This document shows, piece by piece, positions 30,570 through 43,247 of a DNA stretch of 64,000 nucleotides. The notes beneath the pieces were generated by a model. That model saw only the letters and a list, made by a program, of their open reading frames with translations. It was not told the origin of the DNA and did not search any database. Source of the DNA: an uncultured delta proteobacterium (GTDB lineage: Bacteria; Desulfobacterota; Syntrophobacteria; BM002); assembly GCA_963712115.1 (NCBI GenBank), contig CAVQGX010000020.1:160001-224000 (forward strand), in the 5' to 3' direction. Numbering within the stretch: position 1 is the stretch's first letter; each line of letters opens with the position of its first letter. The translations under genes and the position numbers were made by a program.

Positions 30570-32381
30570 ATGAGTCGAAGCCGGCTGGATTTAGATTATT
30601 TGATCGGTGTGCTGAGCAGACGCGGCCTGATTAGTGAACGCCAGGCGAAAGTCATCTCTCAAAAGGCGCCTGCCCAAAAGGAGAAGCTCACTCAGCTGCA
30701 CAAGGTGAAGAGAGGGGGATTGTCCTCACTGAGGCGCGGAGATGAGGTCACGCCAGTGGATGTTCTGGCCTCCATGGGATTGAAACTGGGCAAGGAAGAA
30801 AATGACCGTCTCAATGAAGAGGCCATCATGCGGATGGTGGCAGCTGACCTGGGGATGACTTTCAAAAAGATCGACCCACTAAAGCTGGACCTGGAGTTGG
30901 TCACCCAGACCATTCCCAAAAACTTCGCCCTCAAACACATGGTCCTTCCGGTGGAGAGTTCCCTGGAAACGATCACCGTGGCAGTCTACGATCCTTTTAA
31001 TCGTCAGGTTTTGGAGGACATCGAGCGAGTTACCAAAAAGCGGCTGGAAGCTCTCATCAGTACCAAGAGTGACATTGTCAAAACCATCTCTGAGTTTTAC
31101 GGGTTCAAGAGCTCAATTGTTGCCGCCGACACTCAGTTGAGTAAGCCCTTAGTTGACCTGGGAAACCTGGAACAGCTCACTCACTTGCAGGCGACAGAGG
31201 AGATCTCCTCGAGTGACCAGCACATAACCAATGCGGTAGATCACCTGTTCAGCTACGGTTTTGATCAGCGGGCTAGTGACGTTCACATTGAGCCCAAGCG
31301 GGAAAAAACCATCGTAAGACTTCGCATAGATGGTTTGCTGCACACTATTTACCGGATACCCAAGAGTGTGCACCCGGCGATTGTTTCCAGAATCAAGGCC
31401 CTGGCCCGGCTGGACCTTGCAGAGAAGCGCAGGCCGCAAGATGGACGGATCAAGGTGGAACGCAATGGCAAGGAGGCGGAAATTAGGATTTCAACCGTGC
31501 CGGTGGCCTTCGGTGAAAAGTTGGTGCTTAGAATCCTGGATCCTGACATTCTCTTGCAGGACCTTGAAGGATTGGGATTTTCATCAGCAGATCTCATCAA
31601 GTATCGTAGACTTATAGAGGTGCCCCACGGAATAGTTTTGATAACCGGTCCAACAGGAAGCGGAAAGACCACCACCCTTTACTCCAGTTTGCGCTTTCTC
31701 GCCTCCGAGGGCAACAACATCACCACTATTGAAGATCCCATCGAAATGGTGCACGAACAGTTCAACCAGATTGCCGTAAAGCCACGAATCAACCTTACCT
31801 TCGCCAATGTCCTGCGCCATGTTCTCCGTCAGGATCCCGACATCATCATGATCGGAGAAATGCGAGACCTCGAGACAGCAACCAATGCTATTCAGGCCGC
31901 CCTCACTGGCCACCTTGTTCTGAGTACTTTGCACACCAACGATGCAGCCAGCGCCATAACCCGTCTGATGGACCTGGGGGTGCAGCCCTTCCTGATCTCC
32001 TCAACCCTCACTGGTGTGGCGGCCCAGAGATTGGTGCGCAAGATTTGTCCTCACTGCGAAGAGTTATACAAGGTGAAGGTTGCTGATCTGGCTCCCCTGG
32101 CCTTGGGCAAGGACCCGGAAACCGAACTGGAACTCAAGATGGGCAAGGGTTGCCAACAGTGCCGCAACACCGGCTATCTGGGACGCAGCGGCATATTCGA
32201 GGTGCTGCCCATGAGCGAAAAACTGAGGGACCTGACCAACCGGAAGGGTTCACTGGCACAACTGCAAAAGGTCGCCTTGCACGAGGGTATGCTAACCCTC
32301 CAACAGTCCGCCGTCGACAAAATGCTACGGGGAGTGACGACTTTTGAGGAAGTGGTCAGGGTCACTCTGGGTGAAAGGTAG
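30570..32381 (+). CDS. GspE/PilB-family secretion ATPase
   Basis: ASDVHIEP, PQDGRI, GPTGSGKTTTLY, LRQDPDIIMIGEMRD, CPHC/CQQC zinc motif. Confidence 0.93.
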   Translation: MSRSRLDLDYLIGVLSRRGLISERQAKVISQKAPAQKEKLTQLHKVKRGGLSSLRRGDEVTPVDVLASMGLKLGKEENDRLNEEAIMRMVAADLGMTFKKIDPLKLDLELVTQTIPKNFALKHMVLPVESSLETITVAVYDPFNRQVLEDIERVTKKRLEALISTKSDIVKTISEFYGFKSSIVAADTQLSKPLVDLGNLEQLTHLQATEEISSSDQHITNAVDHLFSYGFDQRASDVHIEPKREKTIVRLRIDGLLHTIYRIPKSVHPAIVSRIKALARLDLAEKRRPQDGRIKVERNGKEAEIRISTVPVAFGEKLVLRILDPDILLQDLEGLGFSSADLIKYRRLIEVPHGIVLITGPTGSGKTTTLYSSLRFLASEGNNITTIEDPIEMVHEQFNQIAVKPRINLTFANVLRHVLRQDPDIIMIGEMRDLETATNAIQAALTGHLVLSTLHTNDAASAITRLMDLGVQPFLISSTLTGVAAQRLVRKICPHCEELYKVKVADLAPLALGKDPETELELKMGKGCQQCRNTGYLGRSGIFEVLPMSEKLRDLTNRKGSLAQLQKVALHEGMLTLQQSAVDKMLRGVTTFEEVVRVTLGER

Positions 32382-32411
32382 CATCACGCAGATGGTAATA
32401 CAGGGTTCTCC

Positions 32412-32885
32412 TCGAATATCGAATATCGAACAGCAGAACAAGGAACCGCAGAACGGAACAAGAAGTTTCGAATCATGAGGCTTTTTTCTTCCTTTTTTGA
32501 GCGGTTTTTATGCTTGTCACAAAAATCGAAATCAGCTCATTATTCTCTACAATCAGAGGTTCAAGTTTTGATGCTGGCTTTATCAATTTGGCCCTTACAA
32601 TCATAAGCAACCATACCCTAGTCTCACGTAACTCTTTAAGTGATACTTTCATCTTGTGGATAAAGTCAGAACGAGATTCTGCGCTTTGAGCTTCACCATA
32701 GTTGGGAGCCGGGGAAGTGCCACAACGAATGAGTTGTCCTGCAATGTGATTTCCTACCCTCGTTTTTGGCAAGGATTCTGCTATACGAATAATCCGAATG
32801 GCAAAATCAATTAAGCGCTCCTCGAGGTCAAATATTCTGTTCTCCTTCGACATTCAAAATTCCTTGTTCGATATTCTGCGGTTCG
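32412..32885. mobile_element. Putative repeat-bounded cassette carrying a four-helix-bundle gene
   Basis: Left arm 32412-32466 and right arm 32845-32885 match the two halves of the empty element at 14554-14643. Confidence 0.65.
32473..32853 (-). CDS. Four helix bundle protein (23S rRNA IVP-like family)
   Basis: DLEERLIDFAIRII...QLIRCGTSPAPNYGEAQSAESRSDFIHKMKVSLKELRETRVWL. Confidence 0.92.
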   Translation of the reverse strand: MSKENRIFDLEERLIDFAIRIIRIAESLPKTRVGNHIAGQLIRCGTSPAPNYGEAQSAESRSDFIHKMKVSLKELRETRVWLLMIVRAKLIKPASKLEPLIVENNELISIFVTSIKTAQKRKKKAS

Positions 32886-32906
32886 AGTTGATACCTCCCT
32901 GCTGAA

Positions 32907-33492
32907 CTACCATCTTTCCCAACCTTGGCCATAGTGCCTCCAGAGTTGGGTCAAGCAGTTGGAGCGGAGACGGATGGCGAAGGTCCGGCCTTTGCTATTG
33001 TGGAGGTAAATAGTGCCCGTGCTGCAGGTCCCGTCGGGATTGAACTTGATTCTATTCTGTGCGAAGCTAACCCCATCTCCACCACCGGCAGTGATCTTGG
33101 TGTTATTTGGCCCGCGCTCTGGCCCTCCAAATTCGGCAGGATAGGCTTTAAGGTGTACCTTAGGAAATAGTCCTAAATCAAATACCATATCGCTTTTCTC
33201 TAAGAGTTCCTTCCGGCGATTTTCGTTGCGATCCCCCCAGAGGAAGCAGCCTGCAGATTCCAAATCTCCGTCGCCGTCGAGATCGAAGTCAAAATAGTGA
33301 ATGATGGACTGGTTTATGGCCCTGAGCTTCGCTCGGTGGATTTGGACCACCAAGGATCGCGCCGCACTGGTGAGACGGTAATTTGGGATCATTTCAACAA
33401 GGTGGGGCAGGCCCAAAGCGGTTGTAACACTATCACGGCCAGAGTAGACCACAAGTTCTTTCAAAGTAATGCCTATTTGCAGAGGATTTCAT
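32907..33492 (-). CDS. Orphan FimT/GspH-like pilin (indels in the N-terminal helix)
   Basis: G|ITLKELVV prepilin-like start, LTSAARSLV..IHRAKLRAI, FNPDGTCSTGTIYL. Confidence 0.7.
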
Positions 33493-34047
33493 GGTAGTCA
33501 CCTGCCTAAAAGCATGCGATGACGCAGCAGGGGAAAGCTCCTCTGGCATAGGTGGGTTAGGTCAGAGGAAAAGGGTGCCCCGGGGATCTAGATCTTGGCT
33601 TAAGGCCTCAAAAAAGTTTCTTAGAAGCCGGCCAGACGAGTTGTTTGGCCTTCGGACAGTTCGACAACAAACGGCAGCTAAAGGGGAACGCCCCAGACTC
33701 GAGGATTTTGTCTGGCAGGTATACTGTGCCCCCTAGAGCAGCCCTGATATTTCATGAATTGTTCGTCGCGAGATCCCATGAAGATTGGGCGTGCCACCGG
33801 GCAGTCGCAGGATGTTCGTTCGAGGCGTAAAAACCTGAATGGTACCGTCGGAAGCAGGAGCCGAGCAACCGAAAAGATGCTCGGAAGGTACGATTTTGCT
33901 CATTCACGGACGCAGTATACTGCAAGGCTTGGTTATGAAAAAACCGGGAGAGATAACCAAGGAAAAATTCGCTGAAATAGTTATTGTAAACAAAAAAATA
34001 CGATTGAATTTAGGTCGGTGACTATTATGACAGGAAAGGGAGACAAG

Positions 34048-34592
34048 AATGGTCGTTGGAAATAATGCCGGAGAAAAATTGGTTTGTCTTGTGACCTCTG
34101 CGAGCGGTTTTGACGACCTTGATAATTCTGGAAGAATCAGCTGAAATGCAAACATCCAACTTCTTCAGTGCCGCCAACCATAATTGCTCCGGTGGACATC
34201 AAGCCAGGATACTGCCCCAACCCTTTAGAGGTGTATGGTAGTGGCGACGTTTCCGTGGCAATTCTTGGCACGCAGGAATTAGAGTGACCGAAATCGCTCG
34301 AGATTCAGTCAGGCTTCAAGAGATTCCGCCACTGCGAAGTGAGCAAAGAGATGTAGCAAAGCCCTTCCGTCTATATAAGTGGCAAGTAAGTGGAAACAAG
34401 GTAAAAGAAGATTACTGCACCGACGAAGGGCCGGACGGTAGGCTCGATCTCGTTCTTTATTTTAGCAAAGAAGACATACTGAAGGCTGTGGGCTCAACCA
34501 GAGATGGCGATGTCCTGGTCCTGACAGTTACCGCCAGGCACAAATCAGGCGCTCTGATTGTGGGTCAGGACGTGGTGCTAATACAGAAATAA
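34048..34592 (+). CDS. Hypothetical protein with a DIKPGxCPNP/VAILG-type beta domain (frameshifted; start uncertain)
   Basis: Reading across frames: VDIKPGYCPNPLEVYGSGDVSVAILGTQEL then VTEIARDSVRL...PDGRLDLVLYF...IVGQDVVLI. Confidence 0.55.
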
Positions 34593-34612
34593 GATTGTCG
34601 GACAGGCTCCCG

Positions 34613-34724
34613 GCCCTCCTTTAATAAAGGGGGGTTGGGCCTGCCCGCCATGCGATCCCGCCCGGCAAGCGCCTGAGACGAAACCGATGGCGGACGGGCA
34701 AGGCGAGGCGGGCGGGGCGATTTT
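34613..34724. repeat. REP-like palindrome interrupted by a cctgcccgcca...ggcgaggcgggcggg element (34640-34716)
   Basis: Same outer ends as the 48-nt insertions but a different, longer core. Confidence 0.75.
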
Positions 34725-34854
34725 GAAGCATTTGATATTCCTCACAATATGCTTCCTGGAGCACGACTTCACGAAATCAGTTGAAAGACCGTTTCAATTG
34801 TGACGAAGTCATCTCGGTCTGGACTATGCTCTACGAGCAAGGTATTCATCTTGC

Positions 34855-36606
34855 TTGGCCGAGCTGCAAATTAGCGATTTCGCCATTATCGACAAGCTTT
34901 CAGTCTCCTTCAACCCGGGACTCACCGTGATAACCGGGGAGACGGGAGCTGGCAAGTCTATTTTGGTGAACGCCATCAATCTTTTGCTGGGCAGCCGCGG
35001 CTCTGCAGATCTGATCCGCAGCGGTAGCCAGGAGGCCACGGTGACCGCTCTCTTCAACCTGGCCGGTGAAGATGATTCTACTAATATTTCAGAAATATTA
35101 AATAAATTTGGCAGTTTCGAGGTGTTGCTCAAGCGTACTCTCTCCAATTCGGGTCGAAATCGAGTATATATCAATGACCAGCTAACCACGGTGGGGTTAT
35201 TGACCGAGTTTTGCCGTGGGTTGGTGAGCATATCAGGACAACATGAACACCAATTATTCCTGGAGCCCGAAGCCCACCTTGAAACTATTGATAGATTCGG
35301 TGGCCTAGAAAAACAGGTTCAAACTTATGCCCAGACATTTGCTGAGCTGAAGAAGCTGCAGACCGAGCTCAGGCAACTGCGGCGGCAAGTCCAGGAGCGC
35401 AAAGAAAAGGAGGAATTGCGGTTCTTCCAACTGGAAGAGATCAACAAGGCCCGGGTAAAGGTGGACGAGGAGGTCCAACTGGATGAGGAACGGGAAAGAC
35501 TGCGGCACGTGGAGAGTCTCAGGGAAGGTGCTTCCACGGTCCATGAGGTTCTTTATTCCGACAGCGGCGCAGTTTTGGAGGCTGTGAGTAAATGTCAGAA
35601 AATCCTTGCCGATTTGGGTGGCCTGGATCCAACCCTCAAGCCCCTGGCCCAAACCCTGGAGGATCTCAGACATCAGCTGGAAGACGTTTCCTTCAGTTTA
35701 AGAGACTACAGCCAGAAGATCCAGGCGGATCCAGCCAGATTGGAGTGGGTGGAGGAACGCTTGCACGCTCTTAAAAGGCTGATGCAAAAGTATGGCGACA
35801 GTACCCGGGCGGTGCTTACCCATGCGGATAAGCTCAGGCAAGAGCTTGAGGCCACAGAAAGTGAGGAAGTGGAGATTGGAGCAAAAGAGAAGGCTCTTGA
35901 TGAGATTCAACAAAAGGCTCTAAAAGAGGCGCTGGAGTTGTCTGAAAGCCGCCGGCAAAGTGCAAACAGGTTGGGCAAGGCCGTGGAAAAGACCTCTGCC
36001 TCTCTGGATATGCCCAATTGCCGCTTTGAGGTGCAATTTGATCTGGAGGAAAGTTCGGCCACCAATACAGCTTCCCGGGCCTCCGGGTCAGGAGCGGAGG
36101 CTATCCGGGTAGGTGAATATCTGCTAGATGAGAAAGGGTTAGATAGAGTTGCCTTTTTATTCTCGGCGAATCCGGGCGAGGAGGTCAGACCCATGGCCAA
36201 AATCGCTTCGGGCGGAGAACTTTCTAGGATTGTCCTGGCCCTGAAAGAATTACTGGCCAGCAAGACTGCCCAAGAGACCCTGATCTTTGATGAGGTGGAT
36301 TCCGGTATTGGAGGCCGCACAGCAGACAGGGTGGGCCGGAGTCTCAAGGCCCTTGCCCACCGACATCAGGTAGTCTGCATCACCCATTTGCCGCAGATCG
36401 CCTGTTATGGAGACCATCATTACGTAGTACGCAAAAGTACTTACAAAGGTCGAACCATCACAGCCATGGAGGAGTTGAGCGGTCAAGATCGTTTAGAAGA
36501 AATTGCCCGTATGCTGGGAGGGGAGAAGATTTCTGCGAAAACTCGGGCCCACGCCAAGGAGATGCTCAGTCGAGCTCAGCAGGCAGCTGACAGCGGGCAG
36601 CTATAG
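34855..36606 (+). CDS. recN: DNA repair protein RecN
   Basis: ITGETGAGKS, ASGGELSR, FDEVDSGIGG, CITHLPQIA, EEIARMLGG. Confidence 0.97.
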   Translation: MAELQISDFAIIDKLSVSFNPGLTVITGETGAGKSILVNAINLLLGSRGSADLIRSGSQEATVTALFNLAGEDDSTNISEILNKFGSFEVLLKRTLSNSGRNRVYINDQLTTVGLLTEFCRGLVSISGQHEHQLFLEPEAHLETIDRFGGLEKQVQTYAQTFAELKKLQTELRQLRRQVQERKEKEELRFFQLEEINKARVKVDEEVQLDEERERLRHVESLREGASTVHEVLYSDSGAVLEAVSKCQKILADLGGLDPTLKPLAQTLEDLRHQLEDVSFSLRDYSQKIQADPARLEWVEERLHALKRLMQKYGDSTRAVLTHADKLRQELEATESEEVEIGAKEKALDEIQQKALKEALELSESRRQSANRLGKAVEKTSASLDMPNCRFEVQFDLEESSATNTASRASGSGAEAIRVGEYLLDEKGLDRVAFLFSANPGEEVRPMAKIASGGELSRIVLALKELLASKTAQETLIFDEVDSGIGGRTADRVGRSLKALAHRHQVVCITHLPQIACYGDHHYVVRKSTYKGRTITAMEELSGQDRLEEIARMLGGEKISAKTRAHAKEMLSRAQQAADSGQL

Positions 36607-36672
36607 ACCACTAGGCACTAAACACTAAGCACTAGGCACAACAATCTAGGGGCGGGTCCCCGCCCGTAATAA

Positions 36673-36957
36673 TTACCAGGGATACTTCACCGAGAAGTCC
36701 TGGAACTCGCCCGTATAATCTTGCCAGTCCACATCTATCCGGGTTACCTGGGACATGGGTGAGCCCTGGTGGCACCAGTTGATCATATCCTCAACTTGCT
36801 CTTTTTTGCCTTCCAGTACCGCTTCAACTCTACCATCGCGAGTATTCATGACCCAACCTAGAATGTTTCTTGCCCGGGCAGCTTTCTGGGTGTAAGCCCG
36901 AAAGAAAACCCCCTGTACCCGCCCTGATATCATCACATGTGCACGTGCCTTGTCCAT
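36673..36957 (-). CDS. acyP: Acylphosphatase
   Basis: GRVQGVFFR, GWVMNTRDGRVEAV. Confidence 0.95.
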   Translation of the reverse strand: MDKARAHVMISGRVQGVFFRAYTQKAARARNILGWVMNTRDGRVEAVLEGKKEQVEDMINWCHQGSPMSQVTRIDVDWQDYTGEFQDFSVKYPW

Positions 36958-37127
36958 TTTAGCCCCCTTATTTGAAGACGCGGGGACACGGAGAAACGGA
37001 GACGCGGAGAAGAAACATGATATAAAATCGCCGTGTCGCCGTATCGCCCCATCTCCGTATCGCTATGACTCGCCTCTCCCCCCATGACCACTAATGCCAA
37101 CTTTCCGACTTACCTATCATTCTTGAC

Positions 37128-39482
<2,355 letters not shown>

Positions 39483-39483
39483 G

Positions 39484-40551
39484 TTAAATAGCCCCCGTGG
39501 CTGCCCGGATTAGACCGAAGCATCCGGAGAGCATCATGTCTCCATAAGGTGCAGCAAAATAATAACCGAGGCTTTTTGCCAGATGTCTTTGAGGGCCGGT
39601 TACCACCACAGTTGCAAAAGAACTCATATCTCTTGCTTGGGGCAGGGTGACACAGCCATGTCCGTGATCAGAGAAAACTTCTTCGTCAGTGAGTGTACCT
39701 TGACAAAATCGTTCTAAATGGTCATGAAGCTTGGCAACGGACAGACAACCTGTGTGATGCTCGTAAATACCAACAATTCTGGAGTTGATTACCAGCGAAG
39801 CTACTGCATGTTGGTTGCCCAGGTTCAATATTACCACCCCCTCTTCGGTCTTTTCCCCTACCAGGGGGTCGCAAAGGGCTCCCAAAATGGCAGCTGCACC
39901 GGTGTCCATCACCAGGGCTCCGGGCAAATCACGCTGTACAGCAAGCATTCGCGTCAGATAATCTGGTGGTTCCCTGTACCACAGTTGATCCAGACTACCT
40001 CCTCGATCAAGGAAGTCACGCCATATGCGGAAACGGAACAGTCGGTTACTACCATGGGGGGAAAACCCATGATCCTGAACTGCCACGGCATGGGAGTCCG
40101 GGAGTTCAACCTCGAATGGACCAAGGGCTTTTGCGAGAGCGGCAAGATCTACATCGCCCATGGTCACGGGAGTTGCCTCAGGAGGCGGATTTTCCACTAA
40201 AGTTACTCCCATGTTTTTCACGCGATCAAGGTTGTCATAAATGGTCAAAGCAGCCCCTACTGACGCATATACGGGATAACCTCCCTTTAGGTGTTCCTGA
40301 ATGGCCTGTACACAGGCGCCACCACCCATGAGATTTCCCCTGAGGAAAATGGGAAGACCCTGGGAGGTGCAACGACGGATGCGTGCCGCCACTACCACTG
40401 TCTGGGAAGGAAGTACCAGTTTTACGCAATTTTCTATGGGAACGTCAGGCTGCCAGAGGAGAATATCCTGAGTGCCGCCACCAACGTCGATGGCGAGGGT
40501 AGGTCTTGCATTAGGTTGCGGTCTGTATGAAGGCATATTCTGGGTTCTCAT
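39484..40551 (-). CDS. DUF1786-family protein (ASKHA-like fold)
   Basis: LAIDVGGGTQDILL, MGGG, AVQDHG, MDTG, NLGNQH, YEHHT, PYGDMMLSGCFGL. Confidence 0.85.
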   Translation of the reverse strand: MRTQNMPSYRPQPNARPTLAIDVGGGTQDILLWQPDVPIENCVKLVLPSQTVVVAARIRRCTSQGLPIFLRGNLMGGGACVQAIQEHLKGGYPVYASVGAALTIYDNLDRVKNMGVTLVENPPPEATPVTMGDVDLAALAKALGPFEVELPDSHAVAVQDHGFSPHGSNRLFRFRIWRDFLDRGGSLDQLWYREPPDYLTRMLAVQRDLPGALVMDTGAAAILGALCDPLVGEKTEEGVVILNLGNQHAVASLVINSRIVGIYEHHTGCLSVAKLHDHLERFCQGTLTDEEVFSDHGHGCVTLPQARDMSSFATVVVTGPQRHLAKSLGYYFAAPYGDMMLSGCFGLIRAATGAI

Positions 40552-40738
40552 GCGGACCGACGAGGCGAGGCTGACTAGGCACTAAGCACTAGACACTAGG
40601 CACCAAGGCCTATTCTTCAAAGTTTTTTGTAGTGCCTAGTGCATACTGCCTAGTTTCAGATTTCTATCTCTCCGCGTCACCGTGTCTATTATGCATCAGG
40701 GCTGTCACTAGTACAAGGGACAAAGGCTCTACTTTGAT

Positions 40739-41503
40739 TTAGGGTGCGCCAGTAAGAAACTCGGGGGGCAGGCTGGAGCAGAAGTCGAGGATGGTCTGAC
40801 ACGCCTGGTTGCACGAACGCTTGAAGCTAGTGCTGCCAAAGCCTGGTTGCCACTTCAAGGTGAAGAGTTCGTCCGACACCACAAGCAATCCAACCAGCCG
40901 TACTTTTCTGTATGCGGCCACGTGAAACAAAGCAGACAACTCCATTTCCACAGCAAGAAGTCCATCTTTTCCATAAGCTCGAACCTTATGTACAGTTTCC
41001 CGCAAGAGGGCATCGGTGGTCCAGATCGGTCCCAGACGGACGGGAACTCCAGTCTGCTGGCAGTGGTCCTGAAGACGAGCTAGCAGGTCTGCATCGGGAC
41101 TAAACTTCTCTGACTTCATAGGATAGTGTACCGATGTTCCTTCTTCGCTGCGGGCATAGTTAGGCAGGAGCCAATCACCAATTTTGACGTCTGGTTGCAT
41201 AGACCCACACCAGCCAAAGACAATAATGACCCTACTGCCGAGAGCGATCAATTTCTCCAGGACAAGAACGGCCTGGGGTGCGCCGAGAATGGGTCCCGCT
41301 AAGGTCACAGAACGGCCGCCGTGGATAATCTCTTGCAGGCGAGCGTTATATACTGTTCGTATGCTGGTAGCAATAGGGGTGGCCAGGCGGCAAAATCTCT
41401 GGCGATCCGCTTCGGTGCAGGCTAAAATTGCCACCGGTTCGCAGGACTCTTCCCTGGAACCCTTGCGGGATTCGATTATCACTGTGTCATCTTCAAGTGG
41501 CAT
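40739..41503 (-). CDS. Nucleoside phosphorylase (uridine/purine phosphorylase family 1)
   Basis: GAPQAVLVLEKL, GWCGS, EEGTS.HY, WTTDALLRET, AVEME, VVSD. Confidence 0.9.
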   Translation of the reverse strand: MPLEDDTVIIESRKGSREESCEPVAILACTEADRQRFCRLATPIATSIRTVYNARLQEIIHGGRSVTLAGPILGAPQAVLVLEKLIALGSRVIIVFGWCGSMQPDVKIGDWLLPNYARSEEGTSVHYPMKSEKFSPDADLLARLQDHCQQTGVPVRLGPIWTTDALLRETVHKVRAYGKDGLLAVEMELSALFHVAAYRKVRLVGLLVVSDELFTLKWQPGFGSTSFKRSCNQACQTILDFCSSLPPEFLTGAP

Positions 41504-41625
41504 GATTCGTGACGTGAGAGTTGTTGATAAGATGGGGATTTATTTACCACAAAGAACACAAAGTATTAAGAGATAATATTATTTCCTCCGCGTTCTCTGC
41601 GGTAAAATATTTATTGTTCGGTTAG

Positions 41626-41682
41626 AAAAAGGAAAAGCGGAACAGGCTACCGTCTGCAAGACGGCATCTTCCTGTTCCGCTT
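41626..41682 (-). terminator. Rho-independent terminator after hup
   Basis: AAGCGGAACAGG...CCTGTTCCGCTT stem followed by T-rich tract on the minus strand. Confidence 0.7.
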
Positions 41683-41760
41683 AAAATAAGGACTCTTGAA
41701 TCTTAGCCAGAATTTCGGCAGCTAGATCTTCAATCAAAGCTGAGAAGGTCGTAAAATCTC

Positions 41761-42033
41761 TTACTTGACCATTGCTTTGAGCTTGCTCCCAGCTTTGAAC
41801 TTGACTACCTTGGTAGCCTTGATCTTGATCTTTTTGCCGGTTTGGGGATTTCTTCCCTCACGAGCAGCTCGCTTGGCCACGCTAAAGGTGCCAAAGCCCA
41901 CGAGGGTGACCTTGTCCCCTTTCTTCAGGGCACCGCTTACTCCCTTCAGAAAGCCGGTCAAAGCCTTTTCTGCAGCAGCCTTGGTGATCTTACCACTGCT
42001 TGCCATTTGCGCAACGAGATCTGCCTTGGTCAT
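41761..42033 (-). CDS. hup: DNA-binding protein HU
   Basis: MTKADLV, VGFGTFSV, GRNPQTG, KFKAG. Confidence 0.97.
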   Translation of the reverse strand: MTKADLVAQMASSGKITKAAAEKALTGFLKGVSGALKKGDKVTLVGFGTFSVAKRAAREGRNPQTGKKIKIKATKVVKFKAGSKLKAMVK

Positions 42034-42411
42034 AGAATCCTCCTCTTTTGTTCAAAAAGTCTTGGGAAATCCCATCCCCCCCCCCCATGCCCGACAAACC
42101 CGCTTCTGTTGCGGCGGGACAGGGGGATCCTCCGTAGAACTGCATGAATAGGGGCATTATACATAAGTTGCTTTCAAAGGCAAGAAAATATTTAAAAAAA
42201 GTGAAGGTCCTAGAAAAAAAACTAATAAAGGGGTTTTGTGGCGATTGAATCCGAAACAGTCATGGCAATATATGTAGCAATTTAGTCGCTATCCAGCTTA
42301 TATATGGTGGTTAGTGGGCTATGGAGTGAACCTGCTTCGCAAAGCCACCCGACCTAGGGAAAACATTAGAGGAAAGAGACATACGGGTTTTTGTCAAATG
42401 AGAGATGACAA

Positions 42412-43002
42412 CTAGGATTCCATGGCCCATTTGATGTTCATCTGGACACCGTTTCTTTCGAAAAAAATCTTAAGAATTCGGGCAGTGGCACCCCAGATCC
42501 GGTAGTTCTCATAGGAGATGAAGTAAGCCTCGAAAGCCTGCTCACCTGCCTGGTAGGACCGTCGAGACCAATGGTTGTCATCTGCAAGGAAATGCAAAGG
42601 GACAGTCAAAATCTCCGCCACCTCTCTGCCATTGGGCTTAAACCCATAAGGATAAGGAATGAGCCCTACAAAGGTGTGCACTTGGAAGCTTGTAGTGACG
42701 GTGGCAATGGGGTCCAGCTCTCCCAGGATCTCCACATCTTCGGGTTTTAGACCGATTTCTTCCTGTGCCTCTCTCAGGGCAGTCACCAGGAGGTTCTCAT
42801 CATGGGGGTCGTGCACTCCGCCGGGAAAAGAAATCTGGCCTTTGTGGACCTTGACTGTTTGGGTCCTCTTGGTGAAGAGGACGTGCAACTCGTGCTCTTT
42901 GAACAGCAAGGGGAAAAGTACCGCGGCAACCGTCAGATTTTCTGAGACTGAAGATGCATGGGGTTCAATAACCAGGTTGTGGCGTATTCTCTCCAGGTTC
43001 AT
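42412..43002 (-). CDS. Nudix hydrolase, CoA pyrophosphatase family
   Basis: AAVL, TKR...HKGQISFPGG, TALREAQEEIG Nudix box, IWGATA. Confidence 0.93.
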   Translation of the reverse strand: MNLERIRHNLVIEPHASSVSENLTVAAVLFPLLFKEHELHVLFTKRTQTVKVHKGQISFPGGVHDPHDENLLVTALREAQEEIGLKPEDVEILGELDPIATVTTSFQVHTFVGLIPYPYGFKPNGREVAEILTVPLHFLADDNHWSRRSYQAGEQAFEAYFISYENYRIWGATARILKIFFERNGVQMNIKWAMES

Positions 43003-43039
43003 GGCTAGGGATTGTAAACCATAAGAACCCGCCTCGCAA

Positions 43040-43171
43040 GAGATTGTAGATTTCAGATTTCGGATTGCAGATTGACAGCAGTTAAAACGACCAACCTATG
43101 AAATTCCGCAATCCGCAATCGCAAATCCGCAATTGTGAAAGCTCCAATACTCCAACACTCCACTACTCCAT
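43040..43171. repeat. 7-nt-period GATTKCG/CGCAATC inverted array plus CTCCAA repeats
   Basis: agattgtagatttcagatttcggattgcagattg...aaattccgcaatccgcaatcgcaaatccgcaatt; half-copy at 51366-51398. Confidence 0.8.
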
Positions 43172-43247
43172 AGATTGGGACTAAACACTCAAAGAACTTA
43201 AGGTATTTGGCAAGGGGAGGATAAAGCAAAGGGCGGGGTGACTACGA

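Noticed and set aside
32473-32853. Diversity-generating retroelement (Avd-like) or 23S rRNA intervening sequence
   Set aside because: No reverse transcriptase, no TR/VR pair with adenine-specific mismatches, and no rRNA around the gene.
42320-42370. c-di-GMP-I riboswitch (gcaaagcc)
   Set aside because: No GGCAAAC/GNRA P2 stem, and wrong orientation for the flanking minus-strand genes.
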